A stretch of 64,000 bases of DNA from Prevotella sp. (GCA_017410365.1 JAFQQY010000049.1:10443-74442); one strand, 5' to 3'; numbered from the stretch's first letter, positions 1-8,922 are shown. Notes: generated by a model not told the origin, from the sequence alone. Program-made: numbers and translations.

Positions 1-3000
1 TATGCGTCCTGACAAGTCGTAGACCGCGCCGTTGTGGCTGTGGTTCTGACTGGTGGAGACCGATAATATATTGGTAGTGCCCAAGGCATAGAGCTGGAAA
101 TAGTCAACACGGAATGTGCCTGTCTCGCCACTGGTGTCGTAGGAACCGTCAGGGCGCTGGTTGCTGGTACGTATGCCGATGCTCACGTCACCGTCGGTTG
201 TCGTGGTGAAATCTACCGTCATGTTCTGCAGTGTGTTGTAGTCGCTTGTCCCCACATGTCCGGCAAAGCTGTTGTTCTCGTTGTCTTTGAATACGCTTGC
301 CTTGTAGTCGGTCTGTGCGCCGAAATACGCCACGTTGTTGTCGGCAAACAGCCTCAGGGTGCCTATGTAGTCTTTCTTGGCCCCCAGACGGCATGTCAGC
401 CTGTAGCTGCCGGCAGGGAGGTTCTTGATGGTCTGGAAGAATTCAAAGTCGGTGGGCATGGGCTTGTTCCAGAACCAGCATGAGTTGGAACCGTGCATAT
501 TGGCCCCCGTGCCGTTGATGCCCTTCGAGTTGCCGGGGAACTCCTGGTTAGTTTGCCATCCATAGGGCACGCCTCGCACCGTGCCGCCCCCCGTGTTTAC
601 TACGCCCTCTGCGGCCAGCTCAAAGTCAGCATTGACAACGTACTGGTTGGTAAGGCTGTTCCCATTGGGCTGGTCGATGGTTATCTCTTGCAGTGCCAGA
701 CCGGGGTCCATGAAGTATATGCGCAGCTTCACCTCGCCCGCTTCGGCTGCTGTATAGGCTATGCTCTTGCCCGTTGCCCATCCTCGCAGCACGTTCTGTT
801 TCCAGTTGGCAGAGTTGGCGCTGGTGGCGATGCTGTTGATCACGGGATTGGCATCGTGTCCCAGCAACTCTGTGGCGTAGCGCAGCGTGCCTCCGGCATG
901 CACGGGGAAGGTGGGCAGCAGGCGCAGGGTGACCACATTCTCGCCAGCCTTCACAGGCAGCACGTATTCGGCATAAGGCGCATCGGCAGCTCGGGTGTAG
1001 GACTTCATGTCCATGGGCCACACGGCGACGGCCTCTTGCTGCATACCCAGCCCCTGTAGCTTGCGCAGCGTGCTGCTGGCTGTCACGTAGGCACTGGCTG
1101 CAATGGTCATCTGGCTATCGGCCGACGACATGCTCTCTACGGGGCTGATGTTGGTCTGGGTGGCCACCGTGGGCATTTGGAATGCTGGCTGACTGCGGGG
1201 CGATGCGCTCATGATGCCGTCCCATTTGCCGTGCGCAATGTTTTTGTTGTAGATGGTCGTCAGCCGTTGTATCTCGTTGTAGGCCTCCCTGGCCTCGTCA
1301 GCATACTGCAGTGCCTGCGCGGCGTGGCCCAAGCGTGCCTCGCTCATGCTTTGCAAGGCCCGCAGATGCTTCACGTTCATCAGGTAGGCTCCCCTCACGG
1401 GATATTCTATGAGTTGGAAATAGGCATCGCTAAGTTCTGGGCGGATACTCGGCTTCAAGGCTTCGACCTGCTTGGCAATGGTGTTGTAGGCCGCAAGGCG
1501 TGCTTCCATCTCCTCGTTGCTGTAGTCGACGAACATCACGTGCTCAGGCTTGCCGCCAGCCGCCAGTCTGTAGTATTCCTTCTTCACTTCGGCCAGGCCG
1601 TCGGCCACCTCCTCGCCAAAGTTCTCGGCTGCCCAGTGGCGGTTCCATTGGTTGGCATTCTCTGGGTTCCAGGCATCGATGTCCCACGCCAGGTCCATGC
1701 AGAACTGCAACTCTGCCTCGGCAGGTTTGATGTCGCCCACGTTGATGATCCACAGCCGCTGTATGCCCTGCTCGTAGCCGCGGGTGAGCTCGTAGCTGAT
1801 TTGCGCGGGGCCTATGCTGGAGAGCCACAGATAGTCTTGCGGTGCACCGTAGTAGGACAGATGGTAGTAGATGCCATGACTGCCCGCCCGTTGCTGCTCG
1901 GTCTCGGTGGGCATCTGGCGGATGAATCCATGATTGTCGTCGACCCATGTGAGGGTGACATCGTCGGGCACGTTCATACCCGTGTTGTAGGCATCGAGCA
2001 CCTCTTTGTAGGGGATGAAGGTCTGCGGCACCTGCGTCACGTCTTCGTTAACGATGCTGCGGATGAGGCTGCGCTGGAAGGCGATAATCTCCTGCAGTCC
2101 GGCTGCGATGTTGGCGGCACCGCTGTAGCCCTGTATGCCCCCGTCGTGGACGCCGCGCATGCCCAGGGTGTACATCACGTCCTGGTCTTTCGACTCTTCA
2201 ACCCTGGTGCGCCAGTACTGCTGCACGGCAGTCCTGTTGGTGGCATAGTTGTAGGATGACCCGCTGGCGGTCCACTCGCCCACGTTGTTGCGCAGCATCG
2301 GCTCGCAGTGGCTCGACCCCAGCACGATGTCGTACTGGGCGGCCAGCTGATGATTCTCATCGATGGTCCAGAAGGCTCGGCTCACCTTGTGCATGGCCGG
2401 CCACAGGATGTTGGCACGCAGGCGCAGCAGCAACTCGAAGACACGCTCGTAAGTGCGTGGGCCGATATTGTGGATGTTGGTGTCCATCTTGGTGCTGGCC
2501 CAGGGCTGCAGCCCCCAGTCTTCGTCGTTGATGAATATTCCGCGGAAGCGAACAGAAGGCTCCTTCGACGCAAAGTTGTCGGCAGCCGTGAAGTAGAGTT
2601 GGTCGTGATGAGCGGGAACGACATCGGCCCACCACACCCAAGGCGACACACCGATGAGACGCGACAGATGGAACACACCGTAGGCCGTGCCGCGGGGCGT
2701 GCTGCCTGCTATGACCAGGGCGCGGGGGATGCTGTCGCCAATGTTCTCGACATATTGCAGGGTGTAGGCCTCCCACTTCCCCTCGATGGCCGAGCAGTCC
2801 ACTTTTCCGCTATTCGCGAGTTGGTCGACGATGGCCGACTGACCGAGCGTGCCGATGATGATGGGGTAGCGCAGTGCTGCTGCCGTTGGCTTCACTTCAG
2901 GCTTGCGCCCAGTGACGAGGCGGATGTCAGCTGCCAAGGCCTTGGCAGCCACTCCTACCACGGGATGGTCGTTGGTGGCATCTGTCACGATGTCGGCCAC

Positions 3001-3840
3001 GATGGGGCCTCCCACGATGGGGAACCCTTCGCCCAGGGGGAGCGATTGCAGGTAGTCGATGTAGGCTTGCTCGGCTGCCTTCAGGACGGTCAATGATGCT
3101 GCATAGCTCTCTGCTGTTCCGTTCTCATCGTCGAGTGCTGCCTGGGCCGCTATGACGGCTTCGTGCGAGGGACCCATCAGCAGTCGCGCCTGCTCTATCT
3201 CGGCCAGCAGCTCATAATAGACGGCGGGCAGCGGAGCCGACGGTTGTTCAAAGGCTAACGCACGCAGTGTGAAGCGGTAGCCATTGAGCTTTCCAGGGTA
3301 GCTGAGCTGGAAGAAATAGTAGATGTGGTTGGCATCGACGTCGTAGCTCCACGATGTGGCAGAAGCGTTGTAGGGTGTGACCTCCGCAGCGAGGATGGTT
3401 TCGGGGGCATCCTTGCTGACCGTTGCGAAGACCAGCTGCTGTGCGACATTGGCCGAGGGCTTGCCGCTGATGGTCACTGTGCCCGCAAGGCTTGGTTCTA
3501 TCTTCAGAAAACAGCCTCTGGTGGGCAGGGTGCCGAAGGGAGCTGCTTCGGTGAACGTGGTAATCAGGGTTTCTGCCGTGCCGCCGGTGGATGGCATCTG
3601 CGAGGGAAGCAAACCAGTGTTGCCAGCATGCCATGTCCAGTTGTTGCCGACATCGGAGGCAGCACCCAGCGTCACCTTAACCCCGTGGAGAGTGACGGTG
3701 GAACCCATGTCGCAGCCATCGGCAGCGGTGGCCGTCCACGTCGTCTGCGAGGTGCTGCCAAACTGAACAATGGCAGCAAACAGTGTGGTGGAACTGGCAA
3801 GCACCGACAGCGCAAAAAGAAAAAGTCTGATTGGTTTCAT
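1..3840 (-). CDS. Secreted multidomain GH115 alpha-glucuronidase, 3' end off window: signal peptide, domain X, helical linker, GH115, GH115_C, CBM-like jelly roll, T9SS-like tail
   Basis: Hand translation from ATG at 3840 (MKPIRLFLFALSVLASSTTLFA) stays in frame to base 1. GH115 motifs LVIAGSTPRGTAYGVFHLSRLIGVSPWVWWADV, PSVRFRGIFINDEDWGLQPWA, YERVFELLLRLRANILWPAMH, LRIYFMDPGLALQEI. Ends ...GAVYDLSGRI. Absent from the ORF track because there is no stop in the window. Confidence 0.9.
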   Translation of the reverse strand, partial: MKPIRLFLFALSVLASSTTLFAAIVQFGSTSQTTWTATAADGCDMGSTVTLHGVKVTLGAASDVGNNWTWHAGNTGLLPSQMPSTGGTAETLITTFTEAAPFGTLPTRGCFLKIEPSLAGTVTISGKPSANVAQQLVFATVSKDAPETILAAEVTPYNASATSWSYDVDANHIYYFFQLSYPGKLNGYRFTLRALAFEQPSAPLPAVYYELLAEIEQARLLMGPSHEAVIAAQAALDDENGTAESYAASLTVLKAAEQAYIDYLQSLPLGEGFPIVGGPIVADIVTDATNDHPVVGVAAKALAADIRLVTGRKPEVKPTAAALRYPIIIGTLGQSAIVDQLANSGKVDCSAIEGKWEAYTLQYVENIGDSIPRALVIAGSTPRGTAYGVFHLSRLIGVSPWVWWADVVPAHHDQLYFTAADNFASKEPSVRFRGIFINDEDWGLQPWASTKMDTNIHNIGPRTYERVFELLLRLRANILWPAMHKVSRAFWTIDENHQLAAQYDIVLGSSHCEPMLRNNVGEWTASGSSYNYATNRTAVQQYWRTRVEESKDQDVMYTLGMRGVHDGGIQGYSGAANIAAGLQEIIAFQRSLIRSIVNEDVTQVPQTFIPYKEVLDAYNTGMNVPDDVTLTWVDDNHGFIRQMPTETEQQRAGSHGIYYHLSYYGAPQDYLWLSSIGPAQISYELTRGYEQGIQRLWIINVGDIKPAEAELQFCMDLAWDIDAWNPENANQWNRHWAAENFGEEVADGLAEVKKEYYRLAAGGKPEHVMFVDYSNEEMEARLAAYNTIAKQVEALKPSIRPELSDAYFQLIEYPVRGAYLMNVKHLRALQSMSEARLGHAAQALQYADEAREAYNEIQRLTTIYNKNIAHGKWDGIMSASPRSQPAFQMPTVATQTNISPVESMSSADSQMTIAASAYVTASSTLRKLQGLGMQQEAVAVWPMDMKSYTRAADAPYAEYVLPVKAGENVVTLRLLPTFPVHAGGTLRYATELLGHDANPVINSIATSANSANWKQNVLRGWATGKSIAYTAAEAGEVKLRIYFMDPGLALQEITIDQPNGNSLTNQYVVNADFELAAEGVVNTGGGTVRGVPYGWQTNQEFPGNSKGINGTGANMHGSNSCWFWNKPMPTDFEFFQTIKNLPAGSYRLTCRLGAKKDYIGTLRLFADNNVAYFGAQTDYKASVFKDNENNSFAGHVGTSDYNTLQNMTVDFTTTTDGDVSIGIRTSNQRPDGSYDTSGETGTFRVDYFQLYALGTTNILSVSTSQNHSHNGAVYDLSGRI

Positions 3841-3856
3841 TGAAAGGGAGGAGTAG

Positions 3857-3962
3857 CCCCTCCCCCCGCCCCCCCCCTGGGGGGAGCATATAGTTCTGCC
3901 ATTAGCTTTCTGATAGCAGGTCTATATCAACTCCTCTCCCTTGGGGAGGGGCTGGGGGTGGG
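3857..3962. repeat. GC-rich REP/MITE-like palindromic element
   Basis: Outer arms ccctccccccgcccc / ggggctgggggtggg, core ctcccttggggag, inner imperfect hairpin atatag..ctgc / gcag..ctatat; intergenic. Confidence 0.65.
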
Positions 3963-3968
3963 TGTTGG

Positions 3969-6900
3969 TTATTTCACATATACTTTCTTGACGCTGCCAT
4001 CGGACGACACGATAATGTTCAATCCGCGACGCATCTTGTTCTGGCGAGTGCCGCTGATGCTGTAGATGCCAACGGGGAGGATGACCGACGGCTGTACGTT
4101 GGTGATGCCGGTGCTCTGCTCTTGGATGATGCGCTTCGACTCTTCACCCTCGTAGGCGAGATAGATGTTGAAGATGCCGGCACGGGGAACGTCGTTGACG
4201 ATACGTGTGCGAACGAAGACGGGCGTGGCACCTTCGTAGCTGCGCACGAACTTGCAGTAGAGCCGGCGCGCGTCGGGCAATGCGATAGGCTCGCCTATCT
4301 GTGTCCATTCAGCACCAGCGCCATTGCTGGCTGCAACTTCAACTACCAGACGGGCAGCCAGTTCGGCCGAGGGCGCGACGACTGGTTCGTCTGAGCCGCC
4401 CTCGATGGCCTCGAAGGTAAAGCCGCGAAGCGTGAAGCGATAGGCATTGAGTTTTTCGGGATATGCCAGCTGGAAGAAGACGTAGGCATGGTCGGCGTCG
4501 ACCTCATAGCTCCACTCCGTGACGCTGTTGTCCCAAGGCGTGATAGAGGCGGCAAGGATGCTCGTCGGGTTGTTCTTGTCGAGCGTGACGAACACCAATG
4601 GCTGGTCGGCGCTGGCCGAGGCCTTGCCCTTGATGGTGATGACGCCCGCCTTCGTGGGTTCAATCCTGAAGGATGCGCCGTGGGTGGGAAGGGTTCCAAA
4701 AGGCTCCTCCTCGGAGAATTCGGTAATGAGCGTCTCGGCGGTACCATCGGCAGATGGCATCTGCGAGGGCAGCAATCCGGCATTTCCTGCATGCCATGAC
4801 CATGTGACGTCAGCATCATCGGGCGAGCCCAGCGTGACGACGACACCGTTGAGGGTGATGGTGGAGCCGTTGTTGCAGGCGTCGGCCGCTGTGGCAGCCC
4901 ATTCCGACACCGACGTGTCGCCAAAGCCTATGTTGCCATTCTCGTTGACCATGTAGGCCACCACGTCGAAGGGGCCGGCAAAGGCCTGCGTGCTCTGTAT
5001 CATGGCATTGGCTGGATGCTGTGTGTTCCAGTCGTGAAGGTTTATCAGGCCGCTGCTGATGGGCAGATAGGCATCTTCGTCCTCGACGGTCATCGGGTTG
5101 AACGAACCGCTGGCGTCGTCGCCATAGTTTAAGGCCGGGGTGATGTTCTCCCAGGCGATGCGCTGCCCACGTGAGCGAACGCTCCATCCATTGCCGAAGT
5201 CAACCACCTCTTCCTGGCCCACGTTGTCCATGGCGGTGCCTCCCCACGAGAAGTAGTAGCCGGCGTTGCCTGTCTGCGTGTCAGGATTGGTCTGGCTGTA
5301 GTACTCTTCCTGATTGGCATCCATCTTCGACAAGACGTCGACGCGCACTCGTGGATTCGTCACCACGATCTCTGCCGAGCCCACCCTTGAGTTGAGATGT
5401 TCGGGGCAGGTCTGGAAGGCATAGATGGTGCGGCCGCTGGTGAAGGTGATGGGCCCCGTGTAGCGGGTGCTCTTCCCCGTGGTGTTGTCACCCTTGTAGT
5501 TGTAGTAGATGGTGGCCTCGTCTAGGTCGGAGCTGATGGTGACGACGGTCTGTCCGTCGCGGCGCTCCATGCTGAACGTGGGCGGCGGGCACACTTGCTG
5601 TATGTCGATGTAGCGCTCTGCCACATCGCTCAGCAGATAGCCTTCGCCACGCGCCACGGCCATGACGGTCGTCTCTCTGTCTACGGTGAAGGGCGCTGTG
5701 TAGCGGGTGCTCTCCTCGGTGGGCGTCGTACCGTCGAGCGTGTAGAATATTTCGGCTTCAGGGGCGGCATCGGCAATGCTGACAATGGTCTGCTGATAGT
5801 CGTACTCCAGCGCGAAGGTGGGCAGCGGAGCCTTGGTGGCAGGCTGCTTCGTGCCGTTCATCATGGCTATGGCGTGGGTGATGATCTCGGGAGTAACGGC
5901 ATCGGCCAGCGTCTGCTGTGTGTAGGGAATGTAGAGGTAGCCGTTGCGCGAGAGGCTATGGCTGTGAATGGCCACCACATCTGCGTTGTTGTAGGCTACT
6001 GCCAGTATGGGGTCGTTGGCAAAGATTCCGCTCAGGTGCAGGCCGGGGAAGGTAGAGTAGGTGCTGACCTCCAGCACGTAGGTAGGCTCTTCAGCATCGG
6101 GGTCCTCGATGAGCGACAGGTTCCTGAACAGGGGATGGTTAGGATTGGTGGCTGTGGCAAACTGAATGCCTGCGTCCACCACCTCGCCATAGCCCCACTT
6201 CTCATAAATATGAGGATTCAGGTTGAGCACCGGCAGGTAAGGATGCACCTCCTTCAGCGAGGCTATGGCCTCGTCGTTGGTCACGGTAGAGCTGATGGTG
6301 ATGACCTCATAGTCGGCAAAGTCATCGACGGTGAAAGCCTTGTTGGCCTCGATGGGTGTCACATTGTTGCTTTTGTCGCGGGTAATCACTTGGTAGGCCA
6401 GGTCGGCGTTCAGGTCGCCATTGTAGAGGAATCCCACATTGCGCTGGTCGACGGGGGGCGGTGCTTCGCCGGTAGCCTCGAAGGCCACGCCACGGAAGGT
6501 GAAACGATAGGCGGTGAGCTGACCGGGATACGACTGTTGGAAGAAGTAATAGTCGTGCTCGGTGTCCACTTCGTAAGTCCACTCGGTCACGTTGTTGTCC
6601 CATGGTGTGATGTTGGCTTCAACAATGGTCTGGTCATCCTTGAAGCAGGTGACGAAGATTAGCGGCTGTTCTGCGTTGGCCGATGCCTTTCCGTGGAACG
6701 TGATGTTTCCGGGGCGGCTGGGCTGAATCTTGAAGAAGGCGCCATGGGTGGGCAGCTCGCCGAACGGCTCAACGTCAGAAAACGTTGTGATGAGCGATTC
6801 AACGGTGCCTTCGGTGGAGGGCATCTGAGAGGATATCAGGCCAGCGTTTCTGGCGTTCCACGTCCAGCTGACCTCAGCGTCTTCTGCCGAGCCCATGGTA

Positions 6901-7067
6901 ACGACTACGCCGTCGAGCACGATGGTTGAGCCATTGCTGCAGCCATCGTCGGCCGTGGCGGTCCATTCTTTGTCTTCCAGACTGCCAAACTGGATTATTT
7001 CGGCATGCAAGCTGGTTGAGCCAGCGAGCCAGGGCAGGGTGATAAGCAATAGTTGGTAGAGTCTCAT
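3969..7067 (-). CDS. Secreted 1032-aa modular protein with two copies of domain X, two Fn3-associated/CHB_HEX_C-like domains and a T9SS-like tail; no catalytic domain recognised
   Basis: Signal peptide; AEIFYTLDGTTPTEESTRYTAPF and ATIYYNYKG..STRYTGPITF motifs; C-terminus GIYSISGTRQNKMRRGLNIIVSSDGSVKKVYVK. Confidence 0.85.
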   Translation of the reverse strand: MRLYQLLLITLPWLAGSTSLHAEIIQFGSLEDKEWTATADDGCSNGSTIVLDGVVVTMGSAEDAEVSWTWNARNAGLISSQMPSTEGTVESLITTFSDVEPFGELPTHGAFFKIQPSRPGNITFHGKASANAEQPLIFVTCFKDDQTIVEANITPWDNNVTEWTYEVDTEHDYYFFQQSYPGQLTAYRFTFRGVAFEATGEAPPPVDQRNVGFLYNGDLNADLAYQVITRDKSNNVTPIEANKAFTVDDFADYEVITISSTVTNDEAIASLKEVHPYLPVLNLNPHIYEKWGYGEVVDAGIQFATATNPNHPLFRNLSLIEDPDAEEPTYVLEVSTYSTFPGLHLSGIFANDPILAVAYNNADVVAIHSHSLSRNGYLYIPYTQQTLADAVTPEIITHAIAMMNGTKQPATKAPLPTFALEYDYQQTIVSIADAAPEAEIFYTLDGTTPTEESTRYTAPFTVDRETTVMAVARGEGYLLSDVAERYIDIQQVCPPPTFSMERRDGQTVVTISSDLDEATIYYNYKGDNTTGKSTRYTGPITFTSGRTIYAFQTCPEHLNSRVGSAEIVVTNPRVRVDVLSKMDANQEEYYSQTNPDTQTGNAGYYFSWGGTAMDNVGQEEVVDFGNGWSVRSRGQRIAWENITPALNYGDDASGSFNPMTVEDEDAYLPISSGLINLHDWNTQHPANAMIQSTQAFAGPFDVVAYMVNENGNIGFGDTSVSEWAATAADACNNGSTITLNGVVVTLGSPDDADVTWSWHAGNAGLLPSQMPSADGTAETLITEFSEEEPFGTLPTHGASFRIEPTKAGVITIKGKASASADQPLVFVTLDKNNPTSILAASITPWDNSVTEWSYEVDADHAYVFFQLAYPEKLNAYRFTLRGFTFEAIEGGSDEPVVAPSAELAARLVVEVAASNGAGAEWTQIGEPIALPDARRLYCKFVRSYEGATPVFVRTRIVNDVPRAGIFNIYLAYEGEESKRIIQEQSTGITNVQPSVILPVGIYSISGTRQNKMRRGLNIIVSSDGSVKKVYVK

Positions 7068-7095
7068 AAGCGTGTGTTGACTTGTTGGGTTTCAA

Positions 7096-7836
7096 TTACT
7101 TTTTGAAGTAGAGTTTTCTGCCGTTGACTATGCGGATGCCGCTCTTGTCGCTGGCACGACGGCCGCTGAGGTCAAAGTAGGAGGCATCAGCAGCTGCGGG
7201 GGATGCATGAAGCATGTTCAGGCCTGTCGACTCATTGTTAGCAACAAAAGAGATGCCGCGAAGCGTGAAGCGGTAGGCAGTGAGCTTGCCGGGATAGCTT
7301 AGCTGGAAGAAGCAATACACATGGTCGGCATCTACGTCGTAGCTCCACTGCGTCACGCTGTTGTCCCATGGGGTAATCTGGGCTGAGAGAATGACGGTCG
7401 GGTCTTCCTTGCTCAGCGTAACAAACACCAGCGGCTGAGCTGTATTGGCCGAGGCCTTGCCGCTGATGGTGATGGTGCCTGCCTTGGTGGGCTCCATCTT
7501 CAGGAAAGCGCCGTGAGAGGGCAGGTGGCCAAAGGGCGCTTCTTCTGAGAATTCGGTGATGAGCGTTTCGGCGGTACCATCGGTAGATGGCATCTGCGAG
7601 GGCAGCAATCCGGCATTTCCTGCATTCCACGACCAAGTGACGCCAGCATCGTCGGGTGAGCCCAGCGTCACTTTAACGCCGTCGAGAGTGACAGTCGAAC
7701 CCATATCGCAGCCGTCATCAGCCGTGGCACTCCATTCCGTCAGTGATTCGCTGCCTAGGTCCACGATGTCAGCTTTCATGTAAGCACTACCTGCCATTAG
7801 AGACAGGGCAATGAGTAAGAGTTTCTTTTTTTTCAT
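7096..7836 (-). CDS. Secreted 246-aa protein: single domain X plus T9SS-like tail
   Basis: Start moved to ATG 7836 (MKKKKLLLIALSLMAGSAYMKA signal peptide); tail SYFDLSGRRASDKSGIRIVNGRKLYFKK. Confidence 0.85.
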   Translation of the reverse strand: MKKKKLLLIALSLMAGSAYMKADIVDLGSESLTEWSATADDGCDMGSTVTLDGVKVTLGSPDDAGVTWSWNAGNAGLLPSQMPSTDGTAETLITEFSEEAPFGHLPSHGAFLKMEPTKAGTITISGKASANTAQPLVFVTLSKEDPTVILSAQITPWDNSVTQWSYDVDADHVYCFFQLSYPGKLTAYRFTLRGISFVANNESTGLNMLHASPAAADASYFDLSGRRASDKSGIRIVNGRKLYFKK

Positions 7837-7889
7837 AAAGCTTAGTTTTTTATAGATTGTTAATAATGATAGTTTTGGCAATGGTGCTG

Positions 7890-7897
7890 CAAATTTA
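7890..7897 (-). promoter_or_regulatory. Bacteroidetes -7 promoter box of the domain-X operon
   Basis: TAAATTTG on the minus strand matches TAnnTTTG, about 55 bp upstream of ATG 7836. Confidence 0.6.
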
Positions 7898-7990
7898 GTG
7901 GTAGTTGGTGATACCTGCCTGACCATAATCGCCAGACCATAACACAAAATGGACAAATGGCGCTAAAATGTCACAAATCAGACAAAAAAC

Positions 7991-8868
7991 TATTGGTGTC
8001 CGCTAAAAGTCTAATGAGCATAAATTATCTTCCGCAATGCCGATAAACAGGCGTTGCGGATTATTTTTTTGAGAAGTAAGCCCCCCTAATCGAAAAGTGC
8101 CGGTTCGTTAGGCTGTGGATTGTCCATTTCAATTATTTTAAGCCAGTCTCTCTCCGGCTGTTCAAAGAAAGTATAGCAGTTGACATAGTACATAAGCATG
8201 ATACGGAACATCGTTGCGAGATTTGAAAAGCTCCAACTTCGCTTAATACGTCTCTGCATGACCATGAGCAGCAGGTTGGCAATGAGCGTTACCCATATTT
8301 GTATATTGATGGCGTTTGCACTCTCCCCATAAAAGTATCTCAATGGAAAATTCTGCTTGAGTTGTTTGAAAAGCAGTTCAATCTCCCAACGTTTGCGTCG
8401 GCTGTCCGAGGAAAGTTCATCCCTGTAAGTGGCATACAGGTCACGGTATACGGCCTCAAACACACACTCCTTGCGGCGGGAGTTTGCATCGGATAAGGTG
8501 GAACGGCGGGGCATCAGGTTGATGCCAAGGTGAGCCAGTTTCCGTGCTTCGGGGAACATCGAGTCCGTAATCTCACGCAAAGAGTCGAAACGCTTGATTA
8601 CCGCATACAGCATAATCACCAAGTGCTGCCATGTATCGAAGTGTTTTACATAGCGTTCACCGCCACTTTCACGGCTGAAACGAAGAATTTTTGACCGGTC
8701 AAGCAAATTTAACAGCTGACCGTACATCGGCTGTCCGATAAAATGTGTACCTTTGTTCATGTTATTGAAGTTTTGTGGTAAAAACAAAGGTAACAAAAAA
8801 GGCTGAATACCAAGCGAGGGATTCAGCCTAATTTTATTACAAGCAAAAAACTTTAGCGGACACCAATA
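7991..8868 (-). mobile_element. Internally deleted IS4-family insertion sequence
   Basis: 17-bp perfect terminal inverted repeats tattggtgtccgctaaa (7991-8007) / tttagcggacaccaata (8852-8868). Flanks acaaaaaac / acaaaaac resemble a target duplication differing by one A. Internal hairpins at about 8031-8069 and 8795-8829. Confidence 0.88.
8086..8760 (-). pseudogene. IS4-family transposase (DUF4372-type N-terminus) with in-frame loss of most of the DDE core
   Basis: MNKGTHFIGQPMYGQLL..RRSTLSDAN N-terminus joined directly at SDSRR/KRWEIELLFKQLKQNF; only 224 aa, and the region carrying the first two catalytic Asp residues is absent. Confidence 0.8.
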
Positions 8869-8922
8869 ACAAAAACAAGGTAAATTTGGTGCGAATAAGA
8901 AAAAAGTAAGTAACTTTGCAAT

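Noticed and set aside
256-6929. Long plus-strand ORFs such as 1177-2259, 2308-3096 and 5595-6662
   Set aside because: Antisense shadows of the GC-rich minus-strand genes; no recognisable motifs.
3247-7767. Domain-X repeats as a diversity-generating retroelement template/variable pair, or as cohesin/dockerin
   Set aside because: No reverse transcriptase in the window, differences are not adenine-specific, all copies are coding, and there is no dockerin calcium-loop motif.
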